Below, piece by piece: positions 31,549 through 42,148 of a stretch of DNA of 64,000 nt (position 1 is the stretch's first letter; each line of letters opens with the position of its first letter). Below the pieces are notes generated by a model. The model saw only the letters and a list, made by a program, of their open reading frames with translations, was not told where the DNA came from and searched no databases. The position numbers and the translations under genes are program-made. Source of the DNA: an uncultured Thermoleophilia bacterium (lineage in GTDB: Bacteria; Actinomycetota; Thermoleophilia; UBA2241); contig CAVQSP010000020.1 of the NCBI GenBank assembly GCA_963715985.1, positions 192,001-256,000 on the forward strand, read 5' to 3'.

Positions 31549-32520
31549 TCAGGCGTTCACGTCCTCGGGAGGCTCCCCGTCCCAGTAGTCGCAGAGGGCG
31601 AGCCGCCCGGTGACCCCCAGCCCGCGGAACCGCACCTTGCCGCTGCGCGGGTAGAACGTCATCTCGTCGCTGCGCCGCTGCCCATACGCCAGCAGCGTGA
31701 TGCCGAGGGCGTTGGCCATGAAGGCGTGCGCGACACCGGTGCCCGCCGGGCGCACGAGCACGTCGCCGGCGGTCACCGCGTGGACCCGCAGCTGCGGCGG
31801 CCGCGAGTCGCAGTCGTAGGCGAGCACCGTGCCGTCGCCTTCCAGCAGCACGAAGATCTCCTCCTCCGCCGCGTGCACGTGCGGCGGGCAGTTGAGCCGG
31901 TTGTGCCGCACGACCACGTGGTTGAGCCCGGTGAGCCGCGAGCCGGCGGCCAGTCCCAGCGCGCGCTGGCGGCGGTCGGTGTCGCCCTGGCACACCGCGA
32001 CCTCCTCGACGTCGTCGAGGGCCACCACGTTGGCGGGGCGCGGGCCGGGCGCGGGGACGTCGAGCTCACCGGCCGCCAGCTCCCGCGCCCACGGGTGCGG
32101 CTCGTCACCGATGCGCACCCAGCTGGGTCCCGCCCAGGCGACGCCCGCGCGAGGCAGCCGCGCGAACGGCGACTGGCGGCGGGTGCCGAAAGCGAGCACG
32201 TCGAGCCCATCCGGCCCGGCGACGAGGGTATGTCCCTTGCCGCCGGCGACCTGGACGATGCAGTCGCCGGGGCCGATCTCGCACGTGGCACCGTCCTGCC
32301 AGCTGAGCCCCGAGCCTTCGAGGACGTAGAAGATCTCCTCCTCGGCGTCGTGCACGTGCACCGGGGTGGAGCGGCAGTCAGGATCGATGCGGATACGCTT
32401 GAGGCCGGTCTCGACGCTCCCGCCGGCCTTGCCCAGGTCGGTCCACGTGGCGCTGAGCGGCCCCATCTCCACCTTGCGCCCAGGTACGTCACCGCCGTGG
32501 ATGAGTCCGCTGAGGAACAC
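31549..32520 (-). CDS. Bicupin protein
   Basis: Two cupin motifs HVHDAEEEIFYVLEG / HVHAAEEEIFVLLEG...AH. Confidence 0.85.
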   Translation of the reverse strand: MFLSGLIHGGDVPGRKVEMGPLSATWTDLGKAGGSVETGLKRIRIDPDCRSTPVHVHDAEEEIFYVLEGSGLSWQDGATCEIGPGDCIVQVAGGKGHTLVAGPDGLDVLAFGTRRQSPFARLPRAGVAWAGPSWVRIGDEPHPWARELAAGELDVPAPGPRPANVVALDDVEEVAVCQGDTDRRQRALGLAAGSRLTGLNHVVVRHNRLNCPPHVHAAEEEIFVLLEGDGTVLAYDCDSRPPQLRVHAVTAGDVLVRPAGTGVAHAFMANALGITLLAYGQRRSDEMTFYPRSGKVRFRGLGVTGRLALCDYWDGEPPEDVNA

Positions 32521-32544
32521 GTCACACCTCCCGGAACGAGTCGC

Positions 32545-32675
32545 TCATCTGACGATCAGGCTGTTGGCGCCGGCGCGGCGCTGCGCGTTGCCGGCCAGGT
32601 CGGTGGCCAGCACCGTGTAGCTGTAGCGGCCACGCTCGCGAGGGCGACTCGGACCAAAGACCGCGACCCTTCCAT
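32545..32675 (-). pseudogene. Collapsed secreted surface-protein remnant
   Basis: GAGGGAGG SD + MEGSRSLVRVALA joined out of frame to C-terminal GRYSYTVLATDLAGNAQRRAGANSLIVR-stop. Confidence 0.6.
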
Positions 32676-32882
32676 GACGCCTCCCTCTGGGCTGAAGTGG
32701 ACGACGCACGGGTCCCGGCTTGCCGGTGGGTCAGACGAGGCCGGCCACCCCGATCCCGTGACCACGCCAGCCGAGTGTCGCCCCTGCGGCGATGCCGCGC
32801 AACCGCCGTACACGGCGAGGGGGCGGCGGCGCTGCGCGCCGCCGCCCCCTCGCCGAGAGTGCCGGCTCCCGCCGGCCCCGGG

Positions 32883-34175
32883 TCAGGGCTGTGGTGCGGC
32901 CGGCGGAGCAGGCGGCTCCGGAGCCGCTGGAGCCTGCTCGACGACGGGCTCGGCGGCGGCCGTCACGTCCGTGACGGCGTCGACGGCCGGGGCCTCGGCG
33001 GTGACCGACGTGGCCTCCTGAGCCTCGGCGCCCACGTCAGCCGCCGCAGCCTCGACCGGCGGTGGCGCGCTCACGCCGGCGTCCTCCGCAGCGACCTGGA
33101 CGTCTGTCACTGCGGTCTCTGCGACCGGCGGCGGCGGGGCCTGCACGGCAGGCGGTGGCGGGGTGAGCGGAGGAGGAGGTACGAGCGGCGGCGGCGGCAC
33201 GAGCGGCGGCGGCGGGGAGGGCGCTTGGCCCGCCAGCGGATCGGCCGCCGACTTCCACGCATCGGGGCCCGCTGCCGGGGCCGGCGGACCGACCTGCTGG
33301 TAGCCCTGAGCGGGCGCCGGTGGCACCGCGTACGCGCCCGGCGCCGGCGGCGGCATGGGCGCCCCGTACCCGCCGGCGTACCCGCCCGCGGGCAGGCCCG
33401 CGGTCTCGCCGCCGGCCTGCAAATACATGGTGCTCACGTAACAGATGGCGAAGGGGAAGGCGAGGATCTCGAACACCAGCATGAGGAAGCTGCTCACGCC
33501 TTGGGACGAGCGCCCGATCAGCGAGATGATCAGAGCTATCACGAAGAAGGCCACCCCGAGCACGATGATGGTGCCGAACGTCTTCCACCAGCCCACGCCC
33601 TTGACCATCTGGCTGCTGGCGCGCGCCGCCTCCCCGAACGTCATACCGCGGTCGGCGATGAGCGGAAGCACGTACAGCCAGGTGGTGCCCAGCCAGCAGA
33701 GGAAGACGGGCACGGCGATCCACCCCAGTACCGGGATCAGGAACACGAGGCCGCAGACGATGCCGATGCCGACCATCACGAGCCAGTAGACGATGAACGA
33801 CCCGAACTTGCGGAACCCGCTGAAGAGGTCGCCGAAGACCACACCGCGGTTCTCGCGGGCGGCGCCGATGACCATCTCGAACAGGCCGCCGTAGAACACC
33901 ATGGCGAGCACGGAGACGATGAGGTAGCCGATGATCCCCACCACCAGCGCCCCGATGAAGCTGCCGGCACTCAGCCCGCTGATGGAGTTCACGTCGCCGG
34001 ACGCGTCGACCGAGAGACCGGCGATGCTCACGGCGCTCATGCCCACCACGATGGCGACGACGACGACCGCGATGACGCCCACGATGAGCCCGACCACCAG
34101 ACCGGCGAGGATGAGCCAGCCTACGTCACGGCGCCACAACTCCCACGCTTTGGCGAACACATCGCCGATTGTCAT
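32883..34175 (-). CDS. Multi-TM membrane protein with long Pro/Ala-rich tail (paralogue 3)
   Basis: MTIGDVFAKAWEL...WLYVLPLIADRG...YVSTMYLQA; Pro-rich C-terminus. Confidence 0.8.
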   Translation of the reverse strand: MTIGDVFAKAWELWRRDVGWLILAGLVVGLIVGVIAVVVVAIVVGMSAVSIAGLSVDASGDVNSISGLSAGSFIGALVVGIIGYLIVSVLAMVFYGGLFEMVIGAARENRGVVFGDLFSGFRKFGSFIVYWLVMVGIGIVCGLVFLIPVLGWIAVPVFLCWLGTTWLYVLPLIADRGMTFGEAARASSQMVKGVGWWKTFGTIIVLGVAFFVIALIISLIGRSSQGVSSFLMLVFEILAFPFAICYVSTMYLQAGGETAGLPAGGYAGGYGAPMPPPAPGAYAVPPAPAQGYQQVGPPAPAAGPDAWKSAADPLAGQAPSPPPPLVPPPPLVPPPPLTPPPPAVQAPPPPVAETAVTDVQVAAEDAGVSAPPPVEAAAADVGAEAQEATSVTAEAPAVDAVTDVTAAAEPVVEQAPAAPEPPAPPAAPQP

Positions 34176-34337
34176 ATGCCCCTCCACGTCTCTTCTGCGG
34201 TGAGCGCGCCCTCATGGCGACGCCGTCGCGGACAAGCTTCTACCTTCATCGTCCGTCTGTCACGTAATCTCCCCAACTGCTCGTCGGCCGGACGGGCTAC
34301 AGCCGGCGGGTCGCCCCAGCTCTCCTCAGAGACTCGA

Positions 34338-35420
34338 TCAGGCACGGGCCGGAGGCTCGGGGGCCGCGGGCGGCTCCGGCACCGCGGGCGGCGCCGGCGG
34401 CGCCGCCGGGGCCTGGACGGCGGCGTCGGGCGCCGACGGCGTGGCCAGCGGCGGAGGTACCGGCGCGTACCCTTGGCCGCCTGTGAGCGGCGGCGCAGCC
34501 GCCGGCGGAGCCGGAGGCGGCGGCTGCGCGGCAGGCGGCATGGGCGGCGCGGCCGGCGGCGCATACGGCGTGGCGCCCTGGGAGTACGCCGGGACGCCGG
34601 GCACGACCGGCCGGTAGCCGGTGACGGCGTCGATGAGCTCGCCCTCGCCGCGGGCCTGGAAGTACATGGCCACCACGTACGTCAGCACGAAGGGGTAGAG
34701 CAGGATGGTGGCGATGGCTCCGACGAACGGGATGAAGCCGAGCACGCTGCTCACGGCCCCGACCACGACCCAGAGCACGAAGAGGATGAGGAACGTCCAC
34801 CACCAGCCGCTGCCCCGCACCAGGCTGCGGCTCTCGGGCAGCGCCTCGGAGACGCCGATGCCGCGGTCCACGATCGCAGGGAAGACGTACACCCAGCTGA
34901 TGCCGAGGTAGATGTACGCCACGATGGCGACGAGCTCGAGCACGATGCCGAGAGCGAGCACGACCCACACCTGGGTGACGGCGCCCACGACGATGATAGC
35001 CGCCGGCACGAGCATGATCAGCCCGAGGATGATGCCGATCAGCACGTAGGCCCACACCACGCGGCCAAAGATGCGGAAGCCGCTGAAGGCGTCACCGTAG
35101 GCCATCTCCCGGCCCTCGCGGACGCGGCGCAGCACGCCCTCCAGGAGGCCTGCGAACAGCGGCACCGTGAGGAAGATGGACACCAACACCACGACCACCA
35201 TGCCGATGCTGAGCGCGATCCAGCTGGAGGTGTCAACGCTGGTCACGTCACCCTGTGCGTTGGTCTGGAAGCCGCTGATGCTGGCGCCGATGGTGATCGC
35301 CATGACCACCGTGACGGCCACGGCGGGGATGATGCAGGCGATGATCATGCCCACCATCAGCGGCCCCACGTCCTTGGTGAACAGGCCCCACGCGTCCCGG
35401 AACACCTTGCCCAGGTCCAT
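34338..35420 (-). CDS. Multi-TM membrane protein with Pro-rich tail (paralogue 2)
   Basis: MDLGKVFRDAWGLF...WVYVFPAIVDRG...YVVAMYFQA. Confidence 0.8.
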   Translation of the reverse strand: MDLGKVFRDAWGLFTKDVGPLMVGMIIACIIPAVAVTVVMAITIGASISGFQTNAQGDVTSVDTSSWIALSIGMVVVVLVSIFLTVPLFAGLLEGVLRRVREGREMAYGDAFSGFRIFGRVVWAYVLIGIILGLIMLVPAAIIVVGAVTQVWVVLALGIVLELVAIVAYIYLGISWVYVFPAIVDRGIGVSEALPESRSLVRGSGWWWTFLILFVLWVVVGAVSSVLGFIPFVGAIATILLYPFVLTYVVAMYFQARGEGELIDAVTGYRPVVPGVPAYSQGATPYAPPAAPPMPPAAQPPPPAPPAAAPPLTGGQGYAPVPPPLATPSAPDAAVQAPAAPPAPPAVPEPPAAPEPPARA

Positions 35421-35462
35421 CTCCTCCTCCTTCTTCCTGTTCCTGGTCGCCGACGCCGCCGG

Positions 35463-36201
35463 TCAGCGGCCTCGCTGCGAGGGAGTGGCCGCGCGCCCGA
35501 TGGCGGCGTCCACCATGGCCCCCTGCCCCTCGGCCTGGAAGTACATGCTGATCACGTAGGCCACCGCGAACGGGGCGGCCACGAGGCCGATGATGACACC
35601 CACCACCGGGATCACGCTGAGCAGTCCCACGATGACGCCGACCACGATCGCTCCCACCAGCCAGGTGACGAAGGTCGTCATGTACCCGAGACGCGCGGCC
35701 ATGTCCTTGCTCTGGGCCATCGCCGTGCCCACGCTGAGGCGACGATCTCCTATCAGCGGGAGGGCGAAGATCCACAACGTCGTGAGGATGAGGCCGGGGA
35801 TGATGAGCAGTGCATAGCCGATCGCCGATGATGACGCCGAGGACCACGGCGGCCACGGCGAAGGCGCCGATCTGGTCGAAGCTCTGCATGTCGGTGTACT
35901 CGGCGGCGCGCCCCTCGCGCACGCGCCGCAGCACCATCTGGAACGTCACCGCGTACATCCACGAGTACACGACGATGGTGACCAAGCCCACCAGCACCGT
36001 GAAGAGGAAGCCGGCGCCGAACCCGAACCCGGTGAAGCTGAGGGAGAAGGCGCCGAGACCCTGGACGCCGCCCAACGCCAGACCGACGACAGCGCGAACG
36101 ACGCCCACGATGACGGCGGCCACAAGGGCCGTGACCGCCAGCGGTCCCCAGTCGAGCCTGAACAACCCCCACGCGTGCGTGAAACACTTGCCGATGTCCA
36201 T
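35463..36201 (-). CDS. Multi-TM membrane protein (paralogue 1); frameshift near 35820
   Basis: MDIGKCFTHAWGLF...; WIFALPLIGDRR...YVISMYFQA in a second frame. Confidence 0.75.
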
Positions 36202-36288
36202 CCCGTGAGCCTCCCGCCTAGCGCCCCGACGTTGCACCCGGACCTGAGGGTGTGTTCGGCCCCACCCCCTGCTACCCTTGAGGATGTC

Positions 36289-37260
36289 ATGCGCGAGTGT
36301 ACCCGCAGGGACTTTCTCAGAATAGGGGCAGCGGCGGCGACCGGTACGGCCCTGGCGGCCGCCGGCTGCGGGGGGCCGTCCGGCCCGGCCGCGGATCCGC
36401 CGGACACGGCGCGCCTCTCGCCCTCCCCGGATCCAGCCGGAGGGCAGCCCGCGCCCGCTCGCCTCAGCGTAGCCCGCGGCGGCGACGCCGCCGCCATCAC
36501 GGCCGCCGCCGTCGCCGCCCTCGGCGGCATGCAGACGTTCGTGCGCCGCGGCGACGACGTCGTCATCAAGCCCAACATCTGCACCGGCTACCACGGGCCG
36601 GAGTACGCGGCCACCACCAACCCGGACGTGGTGGGCCAGCTCGTCGGCCTCTGCCGCGCGGCGGGCGCCGGCCGCGTGCGCGTCATGGACACACCGTTCG
36701 GCAGCAGCGCCGACGAGGCCTACTCCGTGAGCGGCATCCAGGCCGCCGTGCAGAAGGCCGGCGGCACCATGGAGCTCATGGCCCCGTCGGGGTTCAAGAA
36801 CTTCCGCATCCCCGACGGTCGCGACATCACGGAATGGCCCATCTACCGGGACATCCTCGCCTGCGACGTGCTCATCAACGTGCCCATCGCCAAGACCCAC
36901 GGCCTCACCCGGCTCACGCTGGGCGGCAAGAACTTCCTCGGCGTCGTCCTCTCCCCCGGCGACCTGCACAGCAACATCGGCCAGCGCACGGCCGACCTCG
37001 TGAGCGTGTGCCGGCCCACGCTCACCGTCATCGACGCCTACCGCATCCTCACGGCCAACGGCCCGACGGGCGGTGACCTGAACGACGTCGAGAAGCTGGA
37101 CACCGTCATCGCCAGCACGGACATCGTGGCCGCCGATTCGTACGCCGCCACGCTCTTCGGGCTCGGCGGCGCCGACGTCCCCTACGTGCGCGCCGCCGCC
37201 GCCATGGGACTCGGCGAGATGGACCTGGAGAAGGTCGACATCCGCAAGGTCAGTGCCTGA
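36289..37260 (+). CDS. DUF362 family protein with Tat/lipoprotein signal
   Basis: TRRDFL twin-arginine and LAAAGC lipobox-like; VVIKPN, TTNPDVV, INVPIAKTH, KNFLG, DIVAAD. Confidence 0.88.
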   Translation: MRECTRRDFLRIGAAAATGTALAAAGCGGPSGPAADPPDTARLSPSPDPAGGQPAPARLSVARGGDAAAITAAAVAALGGMQTFVRRGDDVVIKPNICTGYHGPEYAATTNPDVVGQLVGLCRAAGAGRVRVMDTPFGSSADEAYSVSGIQAAVQKAGGTMELMAPSGFKNFRIPDGRDITEWPIYRDILACDVLINVPIAKTHGLTRLTLGGKNFLGVVLSPGDLHSNIGQRTADLVSVCRPTLTVIDAYRILTANGPTGGDLNDVEKLDTVIASTDIVAADSYAATLFGLGGADVPYVRAAAAMGLGEMDLEKVDIRKVSA

Positions 37261-37408
37261 CCAGCTCCCGGCTCGCCCGTTTGGGTCGCGCTCCCCAGCG
37301 GCATCTCCCATGTTCACCCGATGGACCCTGGGCTTCCCCCATGTGAGACCGGGGACAACCTAACCAGGCACCGGTGCGGGCGGCCGGTCGCGAAACGAGG
37401 GGGGAGCC

Positions 37409-37960
37409 GTGGAATCGCTGGAGATCCTGGAGCGAGAACACCGCATGGTGTCGCTCGTGGCGGACGCCGCGCGCCGTGACGTCGACCGTGCCCTCAAGAC
37501 CGGCGTGGCCGACACCAAGGAGATCGACGAGCTCATCGAGTTCCTGCGCTACTTCATGAACTCGTGCCACGCCCCCAAAGAAGAGGACCTGCTGTTCACG
37601 ATGCTCCACCGCCGCGGGCTGGCGTGGGACGCCTCCCCGCTGTGCGACCTCGTGCGTGAGCACGAGGAGATGCGCGTGATGCTCGACTCGGCCTCCGACT
37701 GGCTCCGGCCCGTCGAGGCCGGCGAGGCCGGCGCCCTGCAGCCGTTGCTCCACGATCTGGCGATGTACCTGGATCTCCTGAAGCAGCACATCGCCACAGA
37801 GGAGGACGTCGTGTACCCCCTCGCCCGTGAGCGGCTCACGGCCCACGACTTCGCTGAGCTGGGCGAGAAGTTCTCCACCATCGCCTGTGAAGAGCTCGAC
37901 GAGGGCATCCACGCGTACTACGCCGACATGGCCCACCATCTGGCGGGCGCAGCGGCGTGA
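37409..37960 (+). CDS. Hemerythrin domain protein
   Basis: EH, CHAPKEEDLLF, EHEEMR, HIATEEDVVYP. Confidence 0.88.
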   Translation: MESLEILEREHRMVSLVADAARRDVDRALKTGVADTKEIDELIEFLRYFMNSCHAPKEEDLLFTMLHRRGLAWDASPLCDLVREHEEMRVMLDSASDWLRPVEAGEAGALQPLLHDLAMYLDLLKQHIATEEDVVYPLARERLTAHDFAELGEKFSTIACEELDEGIHAYYADMAHHLAGAAA

Positions 37961-37964
37961 GGAG

Positions 37965-38004
37965 GCGCCGGCGGCGGGGCTCCTCGGAGCCCCGCCGCCG
38001 GCGC
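37965..38004. terminator. Hairpin between convergent genes
   Basis: 19-bp perfect stem with TC loop. Confidence 0.6.
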
Positions 38005-38044
38005 ACACGCACGGGCGCCGGGCGGTCCCCCCTCCCGGCGCCCG

Positions 38045-38873
38045 TCACTCGTTCAGGAGAGGGCCGTCCTGCTCCTCGACCTCCGCGTGCCAGGAGACGC
38101 GCGTGCCTACCTTGGCGCGGAGCCTCCAGGCCAGGCTCTTCGGGGCGGCGTCGAGAGCGGCGCTCAGGCGCGCGATAGCCTGAGCGACGCGGTCCCGGTC
38201 CGCCGCCTCAAGGCCGAAGCCGTCCAGCTCGTCGCGGCAGCGTCGCAGATTGACGGTGACGTCGTACCACAGGCCCCAATCACGCGCGCACAGGGCGGCC
38301 GCATAGCTCAGGTCGATCGCCCCGCGCGACGTTCCCATCCGCCAACGGCAGATCCTTGAGCAGCGTGATCACGTCCCGCACGTCCCTGCTCTCCAGACGC
38401 GCCACCTGCAGCTTGGTCAGCAGGAGGTCCGCCGAGCTGATCGTGTAGGGCTCGAGTGCGAGCCGGTCGCGCAGATCCACGGCGTGGTCCATGCGGAACA
38501 CGTCGTAGAACACGTCGGCGTGATCGTCGTCGTGAACGGTGCCGCCTCCATGCGGAAGCTGGTGGACGCACCTGCGCACGAACTGGGCCTGGCCCATGAT
38601 CGTGGCTTCGCGCACCTCACGCCGCTCGGCATAGCCCAGCGCGGCGAACAGCTGCGCCACCTGTAGGGCCTCAGCACGCAGGCCGACCAGGTCGAGGTCC
38701 GAGTGGTCGCGGCCGCAGAAGTCGAGCACTTCGCAGTGGTCGCGGACGGCGAGGCCGCCGAGCAAGCGCAGCGTGAGGCCACGCTCCCGCGCGGCATCCA
38801 CGATGCGGCGGCCCTCGGCGGCCATCTCTGCGGCTGCGTCCGAGGCGACAGTTCTGTGCGCGTACACACTCAT
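38045..38873 (-). CDS. Nucleotidyltransferase-fold hypothetical protein; frameshift near 38325
   Basis: LRLLGGLAV, SDLDLVG, DLLLTKLQ; C-terminus DWGLW...PKSLAWRLRAKVG in another frame. Confidence 0.7.
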
Positions 38874-38929
38874 AAGGCCCCTATCCCCATCGGAGCCCCG
38901 ATTGACGCATGGATGTCGGCGAGCCCGGT

Positions 38930-39964
38930 TCAGGAGCGCGGCCAGGGCGGAGGCGGTGGGATGAGCGACCACCCCACCACGTCCTCCTCCTCGCGCACCG
39001 CGATCCACTGGAGCACCGAGAGGGTGTGCTCGGCGATCGGCGCCAGGACGTGGTCCTCGCACGCCGCGAGCCCCTTCAGGCCGTCCAGGAGGTCCATGCC
39101 GTGTTCGAAGACCGCGTGGGGGTCGTCGTGGCGCACGCCCAGGCGCAGGAGCCGCAACGCCTCGAGGACGCGCGCGTCACGGTCGCGGAGCATGGCACCG
39201 GGCCCGTCGGCGCCCGCCACCGCAAGCACCGGGAGCCAGGCCTGCTGCACCCGGCGCACGCGCAGCTCCACGCCGCCGAGCCGGTCCACAAGCCTGGCCA
39301 CCAGCGCCCGGGCGGCGCGCCAGCGCCCCAGCCCGGGGGAGCCGCCGAGGCGTTCGAGCTCCTCACGGAGCGCGTGGCCCACTACCGTCAGCTGCGCACC
39401 CTCTCTTGCCAGAGAGTCCAGCGGGTGGCCCTCAGGGGGGCCGCCCAGGGGCTCGCCCCCGGTCTGCGCCTCCAGCACCTCGCAGAGACGGGGGTCGCCC
39501 GCCGCCGCCTGCCTGGCGGCGATCGAGAAGGCCGCGTCGAGCGCCTCTGCCTCGCGGGCGTCTACGCCCGACGTCACCTCGCGCAGCCGCGCGGCCAGGT
39601 CCACCAGTGAGCCGCCGCGCTCGAAGTCCAGGGCGATGTCCCCGAGCTCCCCGAGTCGGGGGTCATCTGGGCTTACGGAGCCGGGATCGTCTACCGTCAC
39701 CGGCGACGTGCCGGTCTCCCGGGCGATCTGGGCGGCGATATCGCCCACCAACCGCCGCCACGTCATGTTCATCTCCACGGCGAGGTCGCCGAGGGTCGCG
39801 ATCCTCGCCCACCTCGCCGGAGCGCCCGGGTCGGCGACGCGCCGGAACGCCGGATGGTAGCCGGGAAGAAACGCCGCCAGAGAGGGGTGTGCGCGCAGAA
39901 GCGCGAACACGGTGGTGCGTGGTCCCAGTACGATGCCGGCCCTCTGCTCGTCGCCGCCCGCCAC
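38930..39964 (-). CDS. DUF1858/DUF438-like protein with degenerate hemerythrin-like region
   Basis: TTVFALLRAHPSL..FL, RIATL, PEGHPLDSLARE, EDHVLAP, EDVVGW. Confidence 0.65.
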   Translation of the reverse strand: MAGGDEQRAGIVLGPRTTVFALLRAHPSLAAFLPGYHPAFRRVADPGAPARWARIATLGDLAVEMNMTWRRLVGDIAAQIARETGTSPVTVDDPGSVSPDDPRLGELGDIALDFERGGSLVDLAARLREVTSGVDAREAEALDAAFSIAARQAAAGDPRLCEVLEAQTGGEPLGGPPEGHPLDSLAREGAQLTVVGHALREELERLGGSPGLGRWRAARALVARLVDRLGGVELRVRRVQQAWLPVLAVAGADGPGAMLRDRDARVLEALRLLRLGVRHDDPHAVFEHGMDLLDGLKGLAACEDHVLAPIAEHTLSVLQWIAVREEEDVVGWSLIPPPPPWPRS

Positions 39965-40175
39965 CGCCTCCTCCTCGCCACGGACACGGCCCTGCACCCG
40001 GACCAAGGGTACCAGCCTTCAACAAGAGTCCGCCCGCGGCGTGGCCCGACGGGGTGCCCGCGGCGTGGCCCGGCAAGGGGCCCGCGCCGCGGCGCCGGCC
40101 CGCTGGCGGCGCGGCGCGGGCGGTGGTACCCTGTCGCTCCCGCCCGCCTCCCCTTCCCCGCGCGGGCGCCGGCCC

Positions 40176-42119
40176 ATGAGCATCGTCACCTTCAACAACG
40201 TCGAGAAGTCCTTCGGGGGCCAGCGCCTCTTCACCAACGTCACCTTCGCGATCGACGGGCACGACCACGCCGTGCTCGTCGGCCGCAACGGTACCGGCAA
40301 GACCACGCTGCTGCGCCTGATCGCCGGGGACGAGCATGCCGACAGCGGGACCATCGCCCGTGCCCGCGGCAGGCGCATCTGGCTGCACGAGCAGACTCCC
40401 GAGCTGGAGGCGGACCGTCCCGTGCGGGACTACCTGCTCGAGGCCTTCGGCGAAGCCGTGCAGCTCGAGGCGGAACTGCGCGCCACGGAGGAGAGCCTCT
40501 CGGGTCTGGCGGAGCACAGCCCCGGGCTCCGCGACACGATGAAGACGTACCAGCAGCTGCAGCGGCGCTTCGAAGCCGCCGGCGGGTACTCGTACCGCAA
40601 CCGCCTCACGGGCGTGGTGGAGGGCCTCGGTCTCCCCGAGGAGATGCTGGACCGCGGCCTGTTCTCGCTCTCCGGTGGCGAGCTCACGCGCGTGACGCTG
40701 GCCCGCGCCCTGCTGGCCGACGCCGACCTCCTGCTGCTGGACGAGCCCACCAACCACCTCGACATCGACTCCGTCGAGTGGCTCGAGGGCTTCCTGGCGG
40801 ACTATCCGCGCGCCTTCCTCCTCGTGACCCACGACCGCCGCCTCCTCGAGAAGGTGGGGCGGCGCGTACTCGCCGTGGAACACGAGCACGTGGAGGTCCA
40901 GGGTGGGGACTTCGGCACCTATCTGCGTGAGAGCGAGGCGCGCCTCGCCCTCATGCGCCGCGAGTACGAGCAGGATCTGGAGAAGATCGCCCAGCTACAG
41001 CGCTACTACGACCGCTTTCACGCCAAGAAGGACAAAGCCAAGCAGGCCAAGGCCAAGCTCACGCAGATGGATCGCATCAAGAAGGGACTGCGTGAGCCGC
41101 CGCGTCAGACCAAGAGCTTCAAGCTCGGCCTGCCGCAGCCGCAACCGTCCGCACGGGTGGTGCTGGAGATGAAGACGCCGGCGCTGACGGTCGGCTCCGC
41201 CGACGAGGCCGCCGGCGTGCGCACGCTCGTGAGGGGCATCGACGTGGTGCTCGAGCGCGGTGAGAAGGTCGCCCTGCTGGGCGCCAACGGGTCCGGCAAG
41301 ACGACCCTCGTGGAGACGGTCGCCGGCCTGCGCAACCTTGCCGACGGAGCCGCACACCTGGGCCACAACACACGCGTCGCGTACTACTCCCAGCAGGGCC
41401 GCGAGCTCGACGAGTCGGCCACGTGCCTGCAGACCGTGCTGCCCCTCGTGGGGCAGGACGAGGAGCAGGCGCGCAAGCTGCTCGGGCGCTTCCAGTTCGG
41501 CGCTGAAGAGGTGGAGAAGCGCGTCGAGATGCTGTCGGGCGGCGAGCGCAGCCGCCTCCGCCTGCTCACACTCCTCGTCGGCGACGCCAACCTCCTGCTG
41601 CTGGACGAGCCCACCAACCACCTCGACATGGGCTCGGTAGAGGCGCTCGCCGACGCTCTCGAAGACTACACCGGCACCATCCTGCTCGTGACCCACGACC
41701 GTCACCTCATCGACCGCGTGGCCACCCGCGTCCTCGAGATCCACGACGGCGGCCTGTTGAACCACCTCTCGTCGTCCCGCTACTGGGAGGCCCGCACGGC
41801 GCGCCTCCCGGACGCCGACGAAGTAGCCACCGCTCCGGCCGCGAGTCGCAGCGCGGCGCCCGCCGGCGCCGCCAAGACGCGCCAGACCAAAGAATCGGCC
41901 GAGGAGGCGCGGCGGCGGCGCGCGCGCTTGCGCGGCGTCGAAGCCGCCATCCTGCGCGCCGAGAAGCGGCTCGGCGAGATCGACGCGGAGCTCGCCGAGC
42001 CGGAGACCTACGCCGAGCGCGAGACCCTCAACCGGCTGCTCGACGAACGAGGCATCGTGGAGGGCCAGCTCGGCCGCGAGTACGCGGAGTGGGAGCGGCT
42101 CGTCGACGAGGGCGGCTGA
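40176..42119 (+). CDS. ABC-F family ATPase
   Basis: Two NBDs (GRNGTGKT, LSGGE, LDEPTNHLD; GANGSGKT, LSGGE, LDEPTNHLD), no TM, C-terminal coiled coil. Confidence 0.95.
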   Translation: MSIVTFNNVEKSFGGQRLFTNVTFAIDGHDHAVLVGRNGTGKTTLLRLIAGDEHADSGTIARARGRRIWLHEQTPELEADRPVRDYLLEAFGEAVQLEAELRATEESLSGLAEHSPGLRDTMKTYQQLQRRFEAAGGYSYRNRLTGVVEGLGLPEEMLDRGLFSLSGGELTRVTLARALLADADLLLLDEPTNHLDIDSVEWLEGFLADYPRAFLLVTHDRRLLEKVGRRVLAVEHEHVEVQGGDFGTYLRESEARLALMRREYEQDLEKIAQLQRYYDRFHAKKDKAKQAKAKLTQMDRIKKGLREPPRQTKSFKLGLPQPQPSARVVLEMKTPALTVGSADEAAGVRTLVRGIDVVLERGEKVALLGANGSGKTTLVETVAGLRNLADGAAHLGHNTRVAYYSQQGRELDESATCLQTVLPLVGQDEEQARKLLGRFQFGAEEVEKRVEMLSGGERSRLRLLTLLVGDANLLLLDEPTNHLDMGSVEALADALEDYTGTILLVTHDRHLIDRVATRVLEIHDGGLLNHLSSSRYWEARTARLPDADEVATAPAASRSAAPAGAAKTRQTKESAEEARRRRARLRGVEAAILRAEKRLGEIDAELAEPETYAERETLNRLLDERGIVEGQLGREYAEWERLVDEGG

Positions 42120-42148
42120 CCACCCGGCAGCGTGCTACCCTAGCGCCG

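Noticed and set aside
32697-35831. 1044-aa plus-strand ORF and similar long ORFs (e.g. 3301-5316, 46509-48800, 52038-54173)
   Set aside because: Antisense shadows of real genes caused by high GC; Arg/Gly/His-rich with no motifs.
8651-37991. Shared GCTCCTCGGAGC hairpin core at about 8652 and 37979 as a REP family
   Set aside because: Only two copies with different stems; explained as terminators.
40033-40096. 24-bp-period direct repeats (CCCGCGGCGTGGCCCG) upstream of ABC-F
   Set aside because: Two good copies of GC-only sequence; not distinguishable from a chance local duplication.
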